From assembly GCF_009914755.1 (NCBI RefSeq), contig NC_060925.1: a stretch of DNA of 64,000 nt; one strand, 5' to 3'. Position numbers and translations under genes: made by a program. The DNA is from the human T2T-CHM13v2.0 reference genome, Homo sapiens. The notes beneath the pieces are model-generated. The model was not told the DNA's origin and did no database searches. It worked only from the letters and a program-made list of their open reading frames with translations. Below are positions 11,199 through 25,514 of the stretch, piece after piece (position 1 is the first letter of the stretch; the number at the start of each line of letters is the position of its first letter).

Positions 11199-13269
11199 CT
11201 TTCTTTCCAATATTTCTATTGGTTTCCATCTTATTATCTTCATATTTAGAATTTAACAGTTGTAATTCTGAAGCTGAAAATCATTGAAGAAAATCTAGCT
11301 ATCTGTATATGAAATCATTTTCTAGGTACGAGTCAATCACAACCTGGTGAGATTACAAGTGATAGATACGTTTTTTCAGCATTTGATAAATTTAAGTAAA
11401 ACTGTTTGCTTTGTCTCTTTACCAAAATAAAATCTCTGTCTTAAGACACAGGGAAAAATAAACTTATAAATATAAATAGTATTTTGAAAAAATAATTATT
11501 CATTTATATAAATTTATTTTAAAAGACATAGTTTTAAATATTGAAACTATAAAATAAAAACTAAAGCATATTCATAATTTAATTTAAGCTTCAATAGTTA
11601 ATATTGAATTTTATAATGTTTAGATTTTTTATAAAATGCTATCTTTTGAATGTGAGTTCTTGCAAATATATATCCAAATTTCATATTTAAAAAACATATA
11701 TAATCAAATATGAGGTTTTCTGGAACTTATGAAAAATTGTATAATTCATCAGCATAAGTACAAGCACTTTTTATCACATTTTCTTCAGTTTATATGATTG
11801 AGAGTGAAATGTTTCAGATAACTCAATTTTTACTTATTTATCTTAAGCTTTAGAAACAATAGCAATACAGCTTCCTAAAATGTGTTATTTGAGACAGAGA
11901 GGACAATAGTATTAACATATTTTGAATAAAGACATAGATGATTATATATATACATATATATGATTAAACTAGAATCCTAAAGGTAAAAAGTTTTTCGCAA
12001 AGTGACTAAATAATTTTTTCTTATGGCCTATTTAACTAAGTAAAATTGGGAAAAAAATGTAGTTTAATGGAATTCATCCATTATAGTTCATTCTTTAAGG
12101 TAATAAAGGTCAAAATTAGAGCAATCTCATCCAAGCTGACTAATTTAAAAAATTACTTTCAATTGTCTACATTTAAGAAAATGGTGATATTTGAAGAATA
12201 GGGATAAGTGAAGCTGGTCTGATATAAAATTTAATCACCCTTTGATAGATTGCAAATTTTATTTTCTATGCCTAGTTACAAGTTGTCGTTTGTCATAATG
12301 GCTTGAAAGCTGAATAAGACCTAATTGAATGAAGATTGCTTCACCCTAAGTGCTTTTCAAAAGTGAACAGGCCGTAATAATATTTTAGTGTTCATGATTC
12401 AAACTACATTGAATGTTAAAGTCTTACTACAATGTTTTCAAATGAAATATTTTAATTTTTGTAATTTTGGGTTTTCTCCATAAATTTACATCCACTCCCA
12501 CATGAACAAGCTTAAAAACTATGTAAGGTATGTCTGTATGTTCATCTATTCATATGTAGGATATTTAGTACTGCCGGAGTAAACAAGGTTACAAATCCGT
12601 CTGTGGTATATACTAACTTTATAAACTAAAAGTGCAGTACAAACTATGATGGATACTAACATCCAAAAAAAAATTTTGCAGACTACATTTCAGTATCTGA
12701 CTTACAGATTAAAAAAAGCATAGTTCACTGATATCTTTGTACTATCATTTAGAAGCACCTGTACACTAACATTTTCAGCTTTATTCTTTTGGTTTTTAAT
12801 TATTTTATAAAATCTAATGGTAGTTAATTGTATAATAAACATTTCTGTAACAGGTAACTCTTTTAATCTAATGTTTTAAAATACATAAATCTAAAATTTT
12901 ATATGAAATAACTACATCTTTTCTTACTAATTTATATAACTAATTCATTATAGAAGTAACACTTTTGCTATTAATCTACATGTTTTATTTATCTGCATCC
13001 TAATTGATGAATGGTTTATTGATCAGTAGCTTTTGATTACATAGGCCAAATTGTTTTACACTGATGTTATTTAAGTTAAAGTCTTATAAAAATATTATTT
13101 TTATGGCCCTTGTTAACATTGAAGTTTGTTGATATTGTCATATAAAACAAAACAATTATTTTTAAGAGTTAAATACAACTGCAACACAGCATTACTATTA
13201 TAATAGTACCATTTGTGCACATATTGTTAATAATGATATTGATATTGGAGGTGAGATGATATCAATACC

Positions 13270-13403
13270 AGTGATAGTTATTTAAACATTACTTGAATTA
13301 TTGAACATTTTTCTCAGTGGTTACTATATGTTCTCTCATATAGGTACTATTATTGTTCATATTTTATAAGTGAGAAAACTATAGCTTATGGATATTAAGT
13401 AAC
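13270..13403 (-). mobile_element. MIR fragment interrupted by the THE1 provirus
   Basis: Core 'attttataagtgagaaaactatagcttatggatattaagtaac' stops at the provirus TSD. Confidence 0.65.
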
Positions 13404-13754
13404 TAATATGATTTGGCTTTGTGTCCCCACCCACATCTCATGGGTTAATAATCTCCATGTGTCAAAGGTGGGACCAAGTGGAGATATTTGGATCATGGGG
13501 GCAGTTTCCCTCATGCTGTTCTCATGATAGTTGAGTTCTCACAGTATCTGATGGTTTTTTATATAAGGCTTCCCCCTTCACTCAGTAATAATTCTCTCTC
13601 CTGCTGCCCTGAGAAAACGTGCCTTCCACCATGATTGTAAGTTTCCTGAGGCCTCCTCAGCCACGAGGAACTGTGAGACAATTACATCTCTTTTCTTTAT
13701 AAATGACTGAGTCTTGGGCAGTTCTTCATAGCACTCTGAGAACAGACTACTACA
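13404..13754 (+). mobile_element. THE1 5' LTR
   Basis: 'taatatgatttggctttgtgtccccaccc...gactactaca'. Confidence 0.92.
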
Positions 13755-15330
13755 GTAAACTCATACTGTAGAGAGTGGGTGCTGCTATAAAGATACCCCA
13801 AAATGTGAAAACAACTTTGGAACTGGGTAACAGGCAGAGGTTCCAACAGTTTAGAAGGCTCAGAAGAAGACAGGGAAATGTGTGGAAGTTTGGAACTTCC
13901 TAGAGAATTGGAGGGCTTAGAAGAAGGGAAGATGTGGGAAAGTTCGGAACTTCCTAGTGCCTTATTGAATGGCTTTGACCAAAATGCTGATAGTGATATG
14001 GACAATGAAGTCCAGGCTGAGATGGTCCTAGATGAAGATAAGAAACTTGTTGGGAACTGGAGTAAAGGTCACTCTTGCTATGTTTTAGCAAAGAGACTGG
14101 TGGCATTTTACCCCTACCCTTGAGATCTGTGGAACTTTTAACTTCAGAGAGATGATTTAGGGTATTTGGCAGAAGAAATTTCTAAGTGGCAAAGCATTCA
14201 AGAGGAAGCAGATCATAAAAGTTCAGAAAATTTGCAGAACACCCATTTTCTGAGGAGAAATTCAAGCCAGCCGCAGAAATCTGCATAAGTAACAAGGAGC
14301 CAAATGTTAATCACCAAGACAATGAAATAAGTGTCTCCAGGGCATGTCAGAGGCTTTTGTGGCAGCCCCTCCCATCACAGGCCTGGTGGGCTTGGGAGAA
14401 AATAGGGTTTTGTGAACCAAATCTAGGTCCTCCCTGCTATGTGCAGCCTAGGGACTTGGTGCCCTGCATCCCAGCTGCTCCAGCCATGGCTAAAAGCGAT
14501 CAAGGTACAGCTTGGTCTGTGGCTTCAGAGGGTGCAAGCCCCAAGTCTTTGTAGCTTCCATGTGTTGTTGGTCCTGCAGGTGCACAGAAGACAAGAATTG
14601 AGGTTTGGGAACCTCCATCTAGAATTCAGAGGATGTATGGAAATGCCTGGATGTCCAGGCAGAAATTTGCTGCAGGGACAGAGCCCTCATGGAGAATCTC
14701 TGCTAGGGCAGTGCAGAAGGGAAATGTGGTGTTGGAGCCCCCACACAGGGTCCCCACTGGGGCACAGCCTAGTAAATCTGTGAGAAGAGGGCCACCGTCC
14801 TCCAGACCCCAGAATGGTAGATCCACTGACAGCTTGCACCGTGAGCCTGGAAAAGCTGCAGACACTCAATGCCAGCCTGTGAGTACAGCTGGGAGGGGTG
14901 CTGTGCCCTGCAAAGCCACAAGGACGGAGCTGTCCAAGGCCATGGGAATCCACCTCTTGCAACAGCATGACCTCGATGTGAGACATGGTGTCAAAGGGGA
15001 TTGTTTTGGAACTTTTAGGGTTTAATGACTTTCCTATTGGATTTTGGACTTGCATGGAGCCTGTAGCCCCTTTGTATTGTGCAATTTCTCACATTTGGAA
15101 CAGATATATTTACCCAATGCCTGTACCCTCATTGTATCTAAGAAGTAAGTAACTTGCTTTTGATTTTACAGGCTCAGAGGCAGAAGAGACTTGAATTGTC
15201 TCAGATGAGACGTTGTACTTGGACTTTTGGGTTAATGCTGGAATGAATTAAGGATTTGAGGGACTGGTGGAAAGGAATGATTGTGTTTTGAAATGTGAGG
15301 ACGTGAGATTTTGGAGGGGCAGGGGCAGAA

Positions 15331-15696
15331 TGATATGGTTTGGCTCTGTGTCTCTACCCAAATTTCACCTTGAATTGTAATAATCTCCACATGTCAAGGG
15401 TGGGACAAGATAGAGATAATGGAATCATGAGTCAGTTTCTCCCATGCTGTTCTCATGATAGTGAGGGAGTTCCCATGAGATCTGATAAGTTTATTGGTTT
15501 TATATGGGGCTTCCCCCTTCACTCAGCACTCATTCTCTCTCCTGCCACTTTGTGAAGTGGTGCTTTCCGCCATGATTGTAAGTTTCCTCGGGCCTCCCCA
15601 GCCATGCAGAACTCTGAGTCAATTAAACCTCTTTCCTTTATAAATTTACCCAGTTTGGGGGATTTCTTCATAGCAGTGTGAGAACGAACTGAAACA
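15331..15696 (+). mobile_element. THE1 3' LTR
   Basis: 'tgatatggtttggctctgtg...attaaacctctttcctttataaattt...aactgaaaca'. Confidence 0.92.
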
Positions 15697-16059
15697 GAAA
15701 CTTTTCCATGCAGGCCATTGTCTCTAGCACAACCTTTTAAACACATCATCACACAATCTCTTTAAAAATTGGGAAATATGATTCTTTTTTATTTAATATT
15801 TTATAATACCAAACTTGCTGTTGTTTCATATTATCTTTATTTCTTGGAGAGAATTCTGTGCTAAATTCTTTGAAATATCCTTTATGATATTTTTGCTGGG
15901 TCACTTATTTTAAAATATCCTTATTATTTCCATTTGACACTTTATTAGATACCTTTGGATATACAGGAAATAGACAAAGTAATGTAATACTCATGTGGTA
16001 TCACATAGATTCAACAATAATTATGTCATGATAAACTAATTCATTTATATTTCTCTCCA

Positions 16060-16870
16060 CCCTCATATCATTTTACAGCTAATTTCAGATATGTTATTTT
16101 ATCCATATATATTCTATTATATTTATGTATCATCCATCAATTTATCTCTTATTTGTAATATTACCACAATACCACCATCACACAAAAAAGCATTTATTTG
16201 TTAAAAACTTCAAATATATAATTTTGAACATTCTAATTAAATAAATCATATATACATATGTATGTATGTATATAAATCTTAACACAGTTTTCATTTTGAT
16301 TGCAATTTTTAAAAATATTCACATGTTGTGATTGGCTGACATTTCTTGTGGCTCTTTTGATCTATAGGTTCTCTTTCCATGTCATTGTTTTGTTTTGCTT
16401 TTAGTAATTTATTTTGGAAGAAATTGCGTTATTTTTACTATGGAATTTCCCACAATCTGAATTTTGTGATTCCCATCTATGCTGTGCAGTATTGGTTTTG
16501 TTTCTGAAAATGTTTAATTGTAGTTAAAGGATTGATCAAATTCAATTTCAGAGGTTGGTGTTATGTTCTTTCATCGGCGACATGTAACATGTACATACCT
16601 CTCTTTTCTGATGTGAGTGGCCATTGATATTCAATGCTTGGATGTATTGATTCATTGAAAACTTCCAAATAAAGTCATAATATTTTAATTCCCTTATTCA
16701 TTTTCAATTTAATAGATGGAATTCTTCAATAGAGCAATTATGCCTCATCAAATTTTTAATTACACTGATAGTTTATGTCGAAAGCAAAGATAAATGCTTG
16801 ATTCCTTAACTCAATTTTATAGGTTTAAAATAATGAGTTGGTTTACTAGACATTTGAAAAGAAAAGAACA
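16060..16870 (-). mobile_element. Old L1 3' region (L1MC4/5- or L1ME-like)
   Basis: 'ggaatttcccacaatctgaattttg' and 'aaagcaaagataaatgcttgattcc' motifs. Confidence 0.55.
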
Positions 16871-17249
16871 TAAAACGTGAATATATATACACACACATAC
16901 GTATACTCACATGTTTATGAGCTGTGGTATAGATTTGTGGTGTAAGTGCAGTATAAGTTAAACTTATATATACATATAAGTTCATTTTTAGCTTTCACAT
17001 ATGAGTGATAACACACAGCATTTGTCTTTTTGTGAAAGAATACATTTATTGTGAGCAGATGTGCACTGTAAGCCATGTTGAAGGAGTTCCTAAAACAAAA
17101 GAAACATGTATCTGATCGTCATTTGTATTTATCCAAAAATGAAAAAGCATTAGAAATTTAAAAATAATTGAGAATAAAAGTAAGAACTTTTTTCTTATTT
17201 TTAATTTACTTAGAAGCACACCCATCATAATAATGTATTCTGGGTTTTA

Positions 17250-17850
17250 AATAATGCATGAAGAAACAAAATGTAGGTCACAATATAAAAAACAGTGGAA
17301 AATATGAAGTATATTTTCATGAGATTCTTACACCAGACATGGAAAGTAGACTGGTATTATTAAAGATGTACATTACAAATCTAAAGTAACAACTTAGAAA
17401 AATAAAGATTAGCTACTACTGTATACCAATATTTAAAATAAAATAGTATAATTAAGGATACTCACTTAATTTTAATGCCAGGAAAAGAGCAACACAAAAT
17501 AATAAAGAAAACATACATCTAATAGAAAATAATTTTCAGAATGGTAGATTTCATTCCAACTACATTACAATTACATTAAATGTAAAGAGTCTCAAGACCA
17601 CAGTAAAAAATCAGGGATCTTTAGATTTGATTTAACAATAGCAGAATCCTACTATAAAATGTCTACAGGAACTTTACTTTAGATATAAAGACAGATTGTT
17701 ACCAGTAAAAGGTTGAAAACAGAAGGTGTATCTTATCAATAGTAATCAAAAGAGAGCTGTACTGCCTAGGTTAATTACACAATATAGACTAAAGTCTATA
17801 TAAAGAAAACTTCCAATGATAAAAGAAGACATTGCCTAGTGATAAGTGGA
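17250..17850 (+). mobile_element. Old L1M inter-ORF / ORF2 endonuclease remnant
   Basis: 'aattacattaaatgtaaagagtctcaa' (ITLNV-like start of EN) and 'tgtctacaggaacttt' (CLQE-like). Confidence 0.65.
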
Positions 17851-18799
17851 GGGAATTCTTAGCCTGTGTTGCAAGCTAGGAAAGCTTTCTTATCTTTTCT
17901 TCCTTCTTGTTTTCCCCAAAGAAATAAGAGTAAACTGATTAATAAGGTTTTTGATTACTACATCTTCCATATTTATTCTATGAATGAGATATATTAAAAA
18001 TCATAATAATGCATAAATTTCATTCCTAAGCCTCTCTGGAAATAATCCATTGTCAATTCAACATTAATATTGTTTAGAACATATTTCTTAAATGGGAAAT
18101 GTGATAGATACGAAGGGAAAGAAGTAAGTCAGAGAAGTATGACTGTGGCTTACTATGTATGTTGCAAATTTCTACGTTACAAATTATGACATATACTTAA
18201 ATATTACTCCAAAATATGAGACAGTATATACAACTGGATCTTCCCAATACATGTAGAAAATACAATATCACATTATTTTTCTTATGGAAGATGTTTTTCA
18301 CTTTTTTCAGAGAATCAGGTTCACTAGGACACTAAGGAAACTTAAACCAAGATTTTTCTTTTCTCTTTTCTTTTTTAAACATGTATACCATTTTTTGTAT
18401 CACCAACCTCCAACCAACTTCAGAGACAATTGGTTTTCTACTGCCACTCAAAATATTGTACTTTGTGCTAAATTTTGTTGTTATAAATATATAAAATATG
18501 TGTTATAGACTTTGGAACAGTTTTGAAAGGTCAAGTTTCATCTGTTTGTGGTGTTACCATCCCCACTATACACTTGAGTGAGATCCTCTCTTGCTGATAT
18601 TGAACAGAATAAAAATATGAGAGACGGGCAGTTTTAGGAGGAGGAAGATAAGTTGCATTTATTTTCCTTGGGTCTCTCCCTTTTTTTCCCCTCAAAATTT
18701 GGCTATTTCAATTTTTCACAAACTCAATAATGGAACAAAGTTTCTTAATTTGTGGAATATTTATATGCTTAACATTGTTTAATGTGATCTCTGCTGCCA

Positions 18800-19047
18800 T
18801 GTGTAGCAGCATTAAATATAGATTTTAGAAACCACCAGACTTCAAATCTTAGATTTGTCACTGTGTCACTTTGGAAAATTATATTCTTGGTTCTCTGTTT
18901 CTTCATCTATAAAATGAGAAGATGATAGTATGATTTAAAAAGGATGTTGTGGGAACTCAATGAATACACATATATAAAATACCACGTAGAATGGAATTAA
19001 GCTTAGAGTCCCACATAAGCACTCTGTAAATGTGAACTATTGCTATC
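18800..19047 (+). mobile_element. MIR SINE
   Basis: 'tctctgtttcttcatctataaaatgagaagatgatagta...cacataagcactctgtaaatgtgaactatt'. Confidence 0.75.
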
Positions 19048-19824
19048 GTGGTTAACACTGGTGAGCTCAACTGGGAAAATAGCTAGGAAAAACTTGATAG
19101 GTAGTAAATTTCTGGTGAGTACCTTAATTAAAAATGGAAGTAGGGATTCCTTATGGCTTCCTTCAGCAGGCTGCACAAACATACCTATGGATAAATAAAT
19201 TTTGATTTTAAGCACGGTAGTTTAATCAAGATCTTATAATAGCATCGTTCTCTTTGAGAGGCAGGGTGGTAGGAGTGTTTTGGGGGGAAATGATGTCTCC
19301 CATTTTCATTAAAAGAAGTTTCCCTCCCTCTACTATTTACTCATTTATATAGATTAAAAAGATTTATCTCATAAAGACAGGGACTATTTCTCAGATACAG
19401 GGATGGTGAAAAAAAAAGAGGCAAAACAATCATTATTTACAGATAATACAATTGTTAAACTAGAATACCTCAAAAATGAAACCATTTGATTATAAAACAG
19501 TTTAGTTATATGTCAAGATGTAAGTTAAACATATTAAAAAGCAAAGCATTAGCTTCATATGCATCACTAAATTCCAAGGAATAATATAATGGAAATTACC
19601 TCATCTACCATAGGACTAAAATATAGCATTGTATTTCTAAAACAAAAGGATGCTACTTAACTAAAGAAAAATAAACAAAAAATTTTTCAAAGCAAAAAAT
19701 ACTTTGAATAAGGGTTTGAATAACTGGAAAGATGTATCCTCTAGGAAAGGAAAAAGAGGGAGGGAAAGGAAAAGGAGGAAGTGGAGGAAGAGAAGAAGAA
19801 GGCGAGAAGGAGAAAATATCTTTT

Positions 19825-20795
19825 TGTATAAATCAGTATTTAGTTAGGAGACAAAAAGTACACAGTAATTTGAAAACAGGAAGTTTTATATAAAGAAATA
19901 TTAACCATATTCCTGAGATTGGTTATTAAGACTGAATAAAAGAAAAAAAAGGATTCTAAAAATTTCTCCAAGGCTTAAGAAAGGAAAACAGTTGGAAGGA
20001 AGCTCTCTTCCTCAAAACTGTAATTCAGCCATCATCGGAGGGTGTGTTACTGCAGCCTACTAAATGGCAGAGAAGTTGCAGGATTGCCTTGGTGGTCTGA
20101 ATGTATACACAGTGTTGGACTGAGCCCGGTGAGCAGGGAGCTGTGGACAGGGACTGAATTTAGAAGCTCCTCATTAGTGTGACACCCGACTGAGGCTGGA
20201 GCATGGGTAACTGTGGTTGGGTCTGCCAATCAAAACATCACCCACTGGAATGCTATCTGACTAAAGGTAATGGACAAGGAGCTGGAGACTGGCCAGCAAA
20301 CATAAAGCCCTTATGAGGATGCTGGCAGGTCAAAGCTGGCAGTCAGAAATCCTCAATCAGCTCATTGTAAATAGTTGAGTTTGGTCAACGGGGAACTGTA
20401 GACCAGGACTGGCAAGGAGGTAACCGTCTGTTGGGTGTCACTTGATCAAAACAGGCAAAAGGAGATCTGCAAGCCAGGAAACCCCATCTGGGAAGCTGGG
20501 TGGCAAAGGCTGATGAGGCAGAGAACCCAGAGGGTAAGTGGCAAGCTACAAGCTGAGCACTGCTGGAGTCTCTGTTAATTGGTGGGTGCTTTACAACACA
20601 GGAACAAGCCAACAAAGCATACACAAAAGGGAAAGAAAACTTCTCTTCTTATCTTTTCCAGGGTCCTTCTATCAGTCTTTACTGACAAAGCTTAACATTG
20701 TGATGATTGACAAAGGAGAAACGCTGTAGTATCACAAGCAGGAGAAGGAAAGGTCAGCTTGGAGCTGGGAGGCAATAAGTTAATTAATAGGCACA
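19825..20795 (-). mobile_element. LTR33/LTR78-like old ERV solo LTR
   Basis: TG...CA termini. 'ggagacaaaaagtacacagtaatttgaa' and 'ctgacaaagcttaacattgtg...ggagctgggaggcaataagtt...ggcaca' match LTR33-family ends. 5-bp TSD ctttt/atttt. Confidence 0.7.
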
Positions 20796-20914
20796 ATTTT
20801 GAATGTCAATTATGTTCAAATTGATTTGCAGATTTAAAGCAATTGCAACTAAATCCAAATTTGATTTTGAGAGAATTTGTCAAAAATATATTCTTGTAAA
20901 TCTGAAATGACAGG

Positions 20915-21100
20915 TTTAAATAAGAGTTCAAGGAGCCCCAAAACTCTGCAAACGGGATGCGGTGCAATCCTGGTAATCAGGGCTCCAGGCTTCTTCAACC
21001 AGAGCAGCTCCGCTTTCATCTGCTCTATACTTTTGAGTGCTGCAAAGGCTTAGTTTGAAGGACCCTGCTATCAAATGAAAGCATTTGAAAAACATATTCT
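20915..21100. mobile_element. MER103C-like hAT-Charlie relic
   Basis: 'ggctccaggc...cttcaaccagagcagctccgctttcatctg...tttgaaaaac'. Confidence 0.7.
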
Positions 21101-22079
21101 GCAAAGTCTAAGCAGTGGAAAAATAAGATAAAAAAGAAAAATAAGGTATTAGACTTAGCAATCATTAACATTTACAATTACCCTAGGCTAAATATTCAAA
21201 TATTTATTCAAATATAAATAGATTGCCATGGAAAACTGATTGCTTATTACAGACACAATTATAATAAACAATTTGATGTATGTTACAAGTGGCAACTCAA
21301 ATCAAAAGAAAAATGTTTATTTTTCAACAAAGGGTGTTGGTATGCTTGAAAAAGCTATTCTAAAAACAAAGTGTCAATTTATATTCTTACATCACCTATA
21401 AAAATAAATTCCAGATGGAGTAAAGAGTAAAAAACAAATTTAAAAACCCTATGAAAGTTTAAAAAACAGATAGTTATCAAACCTAGAATGTGGGTAGAAT
21501 TTATAACATCAGAAGAAATAGATGCACATACTAGGCAAATATGTACCTATGTCCCCAAATATTAAACATTTTTAATGTCAAAATGTAAGTAAATAAGCAA
21601 ACTATTTTTGCAACTCCAAAAAAGAAAAGGTCTATATATTTCAAGTGATTTCCATAAAAACAAAGGTGGCAAATCACGGATAATTCTAAAACCAAAATAA
21701 ATAAGTGATTATTACTAGACTCCTCACAAAGAACTGTTAGAAGTGACTAACAGAGATGCTAATAAAACTTTATAATTATAATCAAAATAATTATAATTAA
21801 ATCAGTATTTCTAAGCATATAAAATATCCTGACTTAATTACCTAGGAAAATCTACTGTTCAAAATGCTCGCTACATTAGGTGCAGTAATTAATTTCTGTC
21901 AAAATCTAGCTGAGATGAATATGCAAGCATGTAACTATTAAAATTATTTCAGAAAGTTGAATGGGAAATGCTGGTCCTCAACTATAAAAAATATAGTACT
22001 CTAAAGTTATCAAATGTGGAGGGACATTTTGCTACATTTCTATTAAGAATTTCACAAGCATGAAAGATTTATAGGCCAA

Positions 22080-23241
<1,162 letters not shown>

Positions 23242-24844
23242 TAAAAAAGGAATTTCATGTAGTGTCCATTTAGACCTCTGAAATTAGAGAAAACAAAATG
23301 ATTTTAAGAGTATTTTGTGTATTAAGGTTGGTGGGAAATGCTGGCAGGGAATTCCTACAATTGTTTTTCTCATAAAACCCATTCTCTCTCTCTCTCTCTT
23401 CTTTCTCTCTCCAATTCAGCCTTAGCTTAACCTTGGGAAATTAATTCCTCATTTATCCAAATTTTTCCCTGGCTCACTGCTATGGGCTAAATGTTTGTGT
23501 TTCCCAAAAATTAAGTAGTGGTATCAGCTAAAATATATCTAGGTATTATTCTAGCCTTGGAAACCAGTTAAGATATTATTAGTGGTCTAAACTAAAATTT
23601 TTCATAAGAGAAATCTATTGGTGACAGATACTATTCGAGGTCATGGATCTTACTATACCTGCCACATAATCGTATTCTAAATTGTTTATTGGAGAAAGTC
23701 ATTTCCTAGAAAGACAAGATGTGCAACGTAGAAATTCTACTCCCTTGCCAGGATTATCTCTCCTGTGGTGATTCCCACTCTATACCCTAATGGCATGAAG
23801 TCTTTCCTGCTCTCCCTCATCTGTGATTGACATATCCAAGTATCTTATCTCCCAGTTTCCTTTCAAAACTCAACCAGAGGAATGCAGGACTAAATTATTG
23901 TTCATTAGATGATGTTGTTATAACACTATTGGGGCCAGGGTGATTCAGAGGTCAGAAAGTTCAAAGGTAATAGATGGACTTGGAGAGTAGAAGCCATTTA
24001 TAGGCAGAAATTTGTAGAAATGTCAAGAGAATTGGGGAAGATGGGTGACATTGTATTGGTCGCAGAAAGCAAACTGTTTAAGAATGGAGTTAGACCCTGA
24101 GGAGAAACTCAAGACTGTTCTCAACACTCCAGCAGCACATTACTCCACCTATCAATCAGAAGCAGTGTGATGATGATTGGTCTCATTTAACAGCATTCTA
24201 AAAATCAATGTGCTGGTTTTTAAGGTGTCTATCAAGCTAATAAAGTAAGGAGCAATGCTTTCAGCTCTTTTGATTTGTTTTCATCACCTTTGCTTGCATT
24301 GCCTTGTCCTGATTTGCCTTTTTCTTCTTCTTTTCTTTTCCATTCATTTTCTTTTCTTAGCGCTTGAGTGGGTACAGATATATCTGTGCATATGTGTTTG
24401 TGTCTTTCAAGATGTCCCTGTTATTTCCTCTGTAGGACTTTTTAGGACAGGCATTAAGGTTGATACTTGCCTTTGAGAGCAGCCTACTCCTCCTTCTGTT
24501 GGTATAACCCTATTGTTTACTATTCTGCTCTGTCACTGAAATTCATAATGGATTTTAAGTACAAATATTGCTTTGTAGCTTTGGGGATAGAAGTAGATTG
24601 ATTGGAATTAATCATTGCTAATAAATAGCAACTGAAACCATTTTAAGTGTTCCTAACTACTTCTGGAATAAACTACCAAGCAACGCAGATACTCAATATA
24701 TATTTGATTAAATAGATATGAGCTGTTTTCTCTATAGAGAATAGTTTACAAAAACTTTTGTAGAAAATAATACATAGATCATTTTATCATTTAATGTCAA
24801 GAAACGCCGTTGTTCTGTTGAAATAATATATGATTTTAATGGAT

Positions 24845-25045
24845 TTCTTTCCTTCTTTATTTTTCTTTCTCTTTATTCCATCCCTCCCTCCCTTCCTTCT
24901 TTCCTTCCTTCCTTCCTTCCCCCCTCCCTTCTTCCCTACCTCCCCTCCTCCCTCTTTCTTTCACATTTACTTCCTCCCTTTTTCCCTCCCTCCCTCCTTC
25001 TCTGCCTTCCTTTCTTTCTTTAACTGTCTTTCTCTTTCTCTCTAC
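24845..25045. repeat. Polypyrimidine low-complexity tract (TCC/TTCC-like)
   Basis: ~200 bp almost entirely C/T. Confidence 0.9.
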
Positions 25046-25165
25046 ATCCACCAATCCTTCTCATACTTCTGTTTTACTTGTGCTGGGTGTGTGTATATTT
25101 TATGCAATTTTATTACATGTGTTCATATATTCATCACCACACTTAAGATATAGAAAATCACCCTC

Positions 25166-25514
25166 ACTATTTGAGTTTGTTTGGCATCCTATAACAAAAT
25201 ACCATAACTGAGTAGCTTATACACAGCGTAAGCTTATTACTTACAGTTCTGGAGGCTGAGCAGTCCAAGATCAGGGTGTCTGCATGGTTGAGTTCTGGTG
25301 AGGGCCCTCTGCTGGGTTGCAGACTGCTGATTGTTTTCTCTGCCCTCACAGCTCTCTTGGGCCTCTTTTATAAGGGGAACAATCTCATTCATGAGTGCAG
25401 AGCCTTCATAGCCTAACTAATCAACTCTCAAAGTCCCCACTTTCTAATACTGTCACCTTGGTGATCAGGACTAACATATGAATTTGTGGGGACCTAAACT
25501 CTCAGACCGTGGCA
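25166..25514 (-). mobile_element. MLT1A-family MaLR solo LTR
   Basis: 'acagttctggaggctg...gtccaagatcagggtg...tctggtgagggcc...aacatatgaatttgtgggga...cagaccgtggca'. Confidence 0.85.

Larger units (their letters stand above)
13404..15696 (+). mobile_element. Full-length THE1 (THE1C/D-like) MaLR provirus: LTR-internal-LTR
   Basis: Two LTRs around a ~1.58-kb THE1-int. Polypurine tract 'ggaggggcaggggcagaa' at 15313-15330. 5-bp TSD gtaac (13399-13403) / gaaac (15697-15701). Confidence 0.95.
19405..21650 (+). mobile_element. Highly decayed L1M ORF2 remnant, interrupted by an LTR and a hAT element
   Basis: 'cattatttacagataatacaattgtt' (LFADD region). Resumes at ~20800 'agatttaaagcaattgca' and ~21390 'aaaataaattccagatggagtaaagag'. 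Confidence 0.6.

Noticed and set aside
13697-15055. Cluster of overlapping 65-130 aa ORFs
   Set aside because: All lie within THE1 LTR/internal sequence; they are decayed MaLR ORF pieces or antisense by-products.
23880-24060. Possible ERVL pol (xxDD) remnant around 'cattagatgatgtt'
   Set aside because: Similarity is too weak to call by eye.
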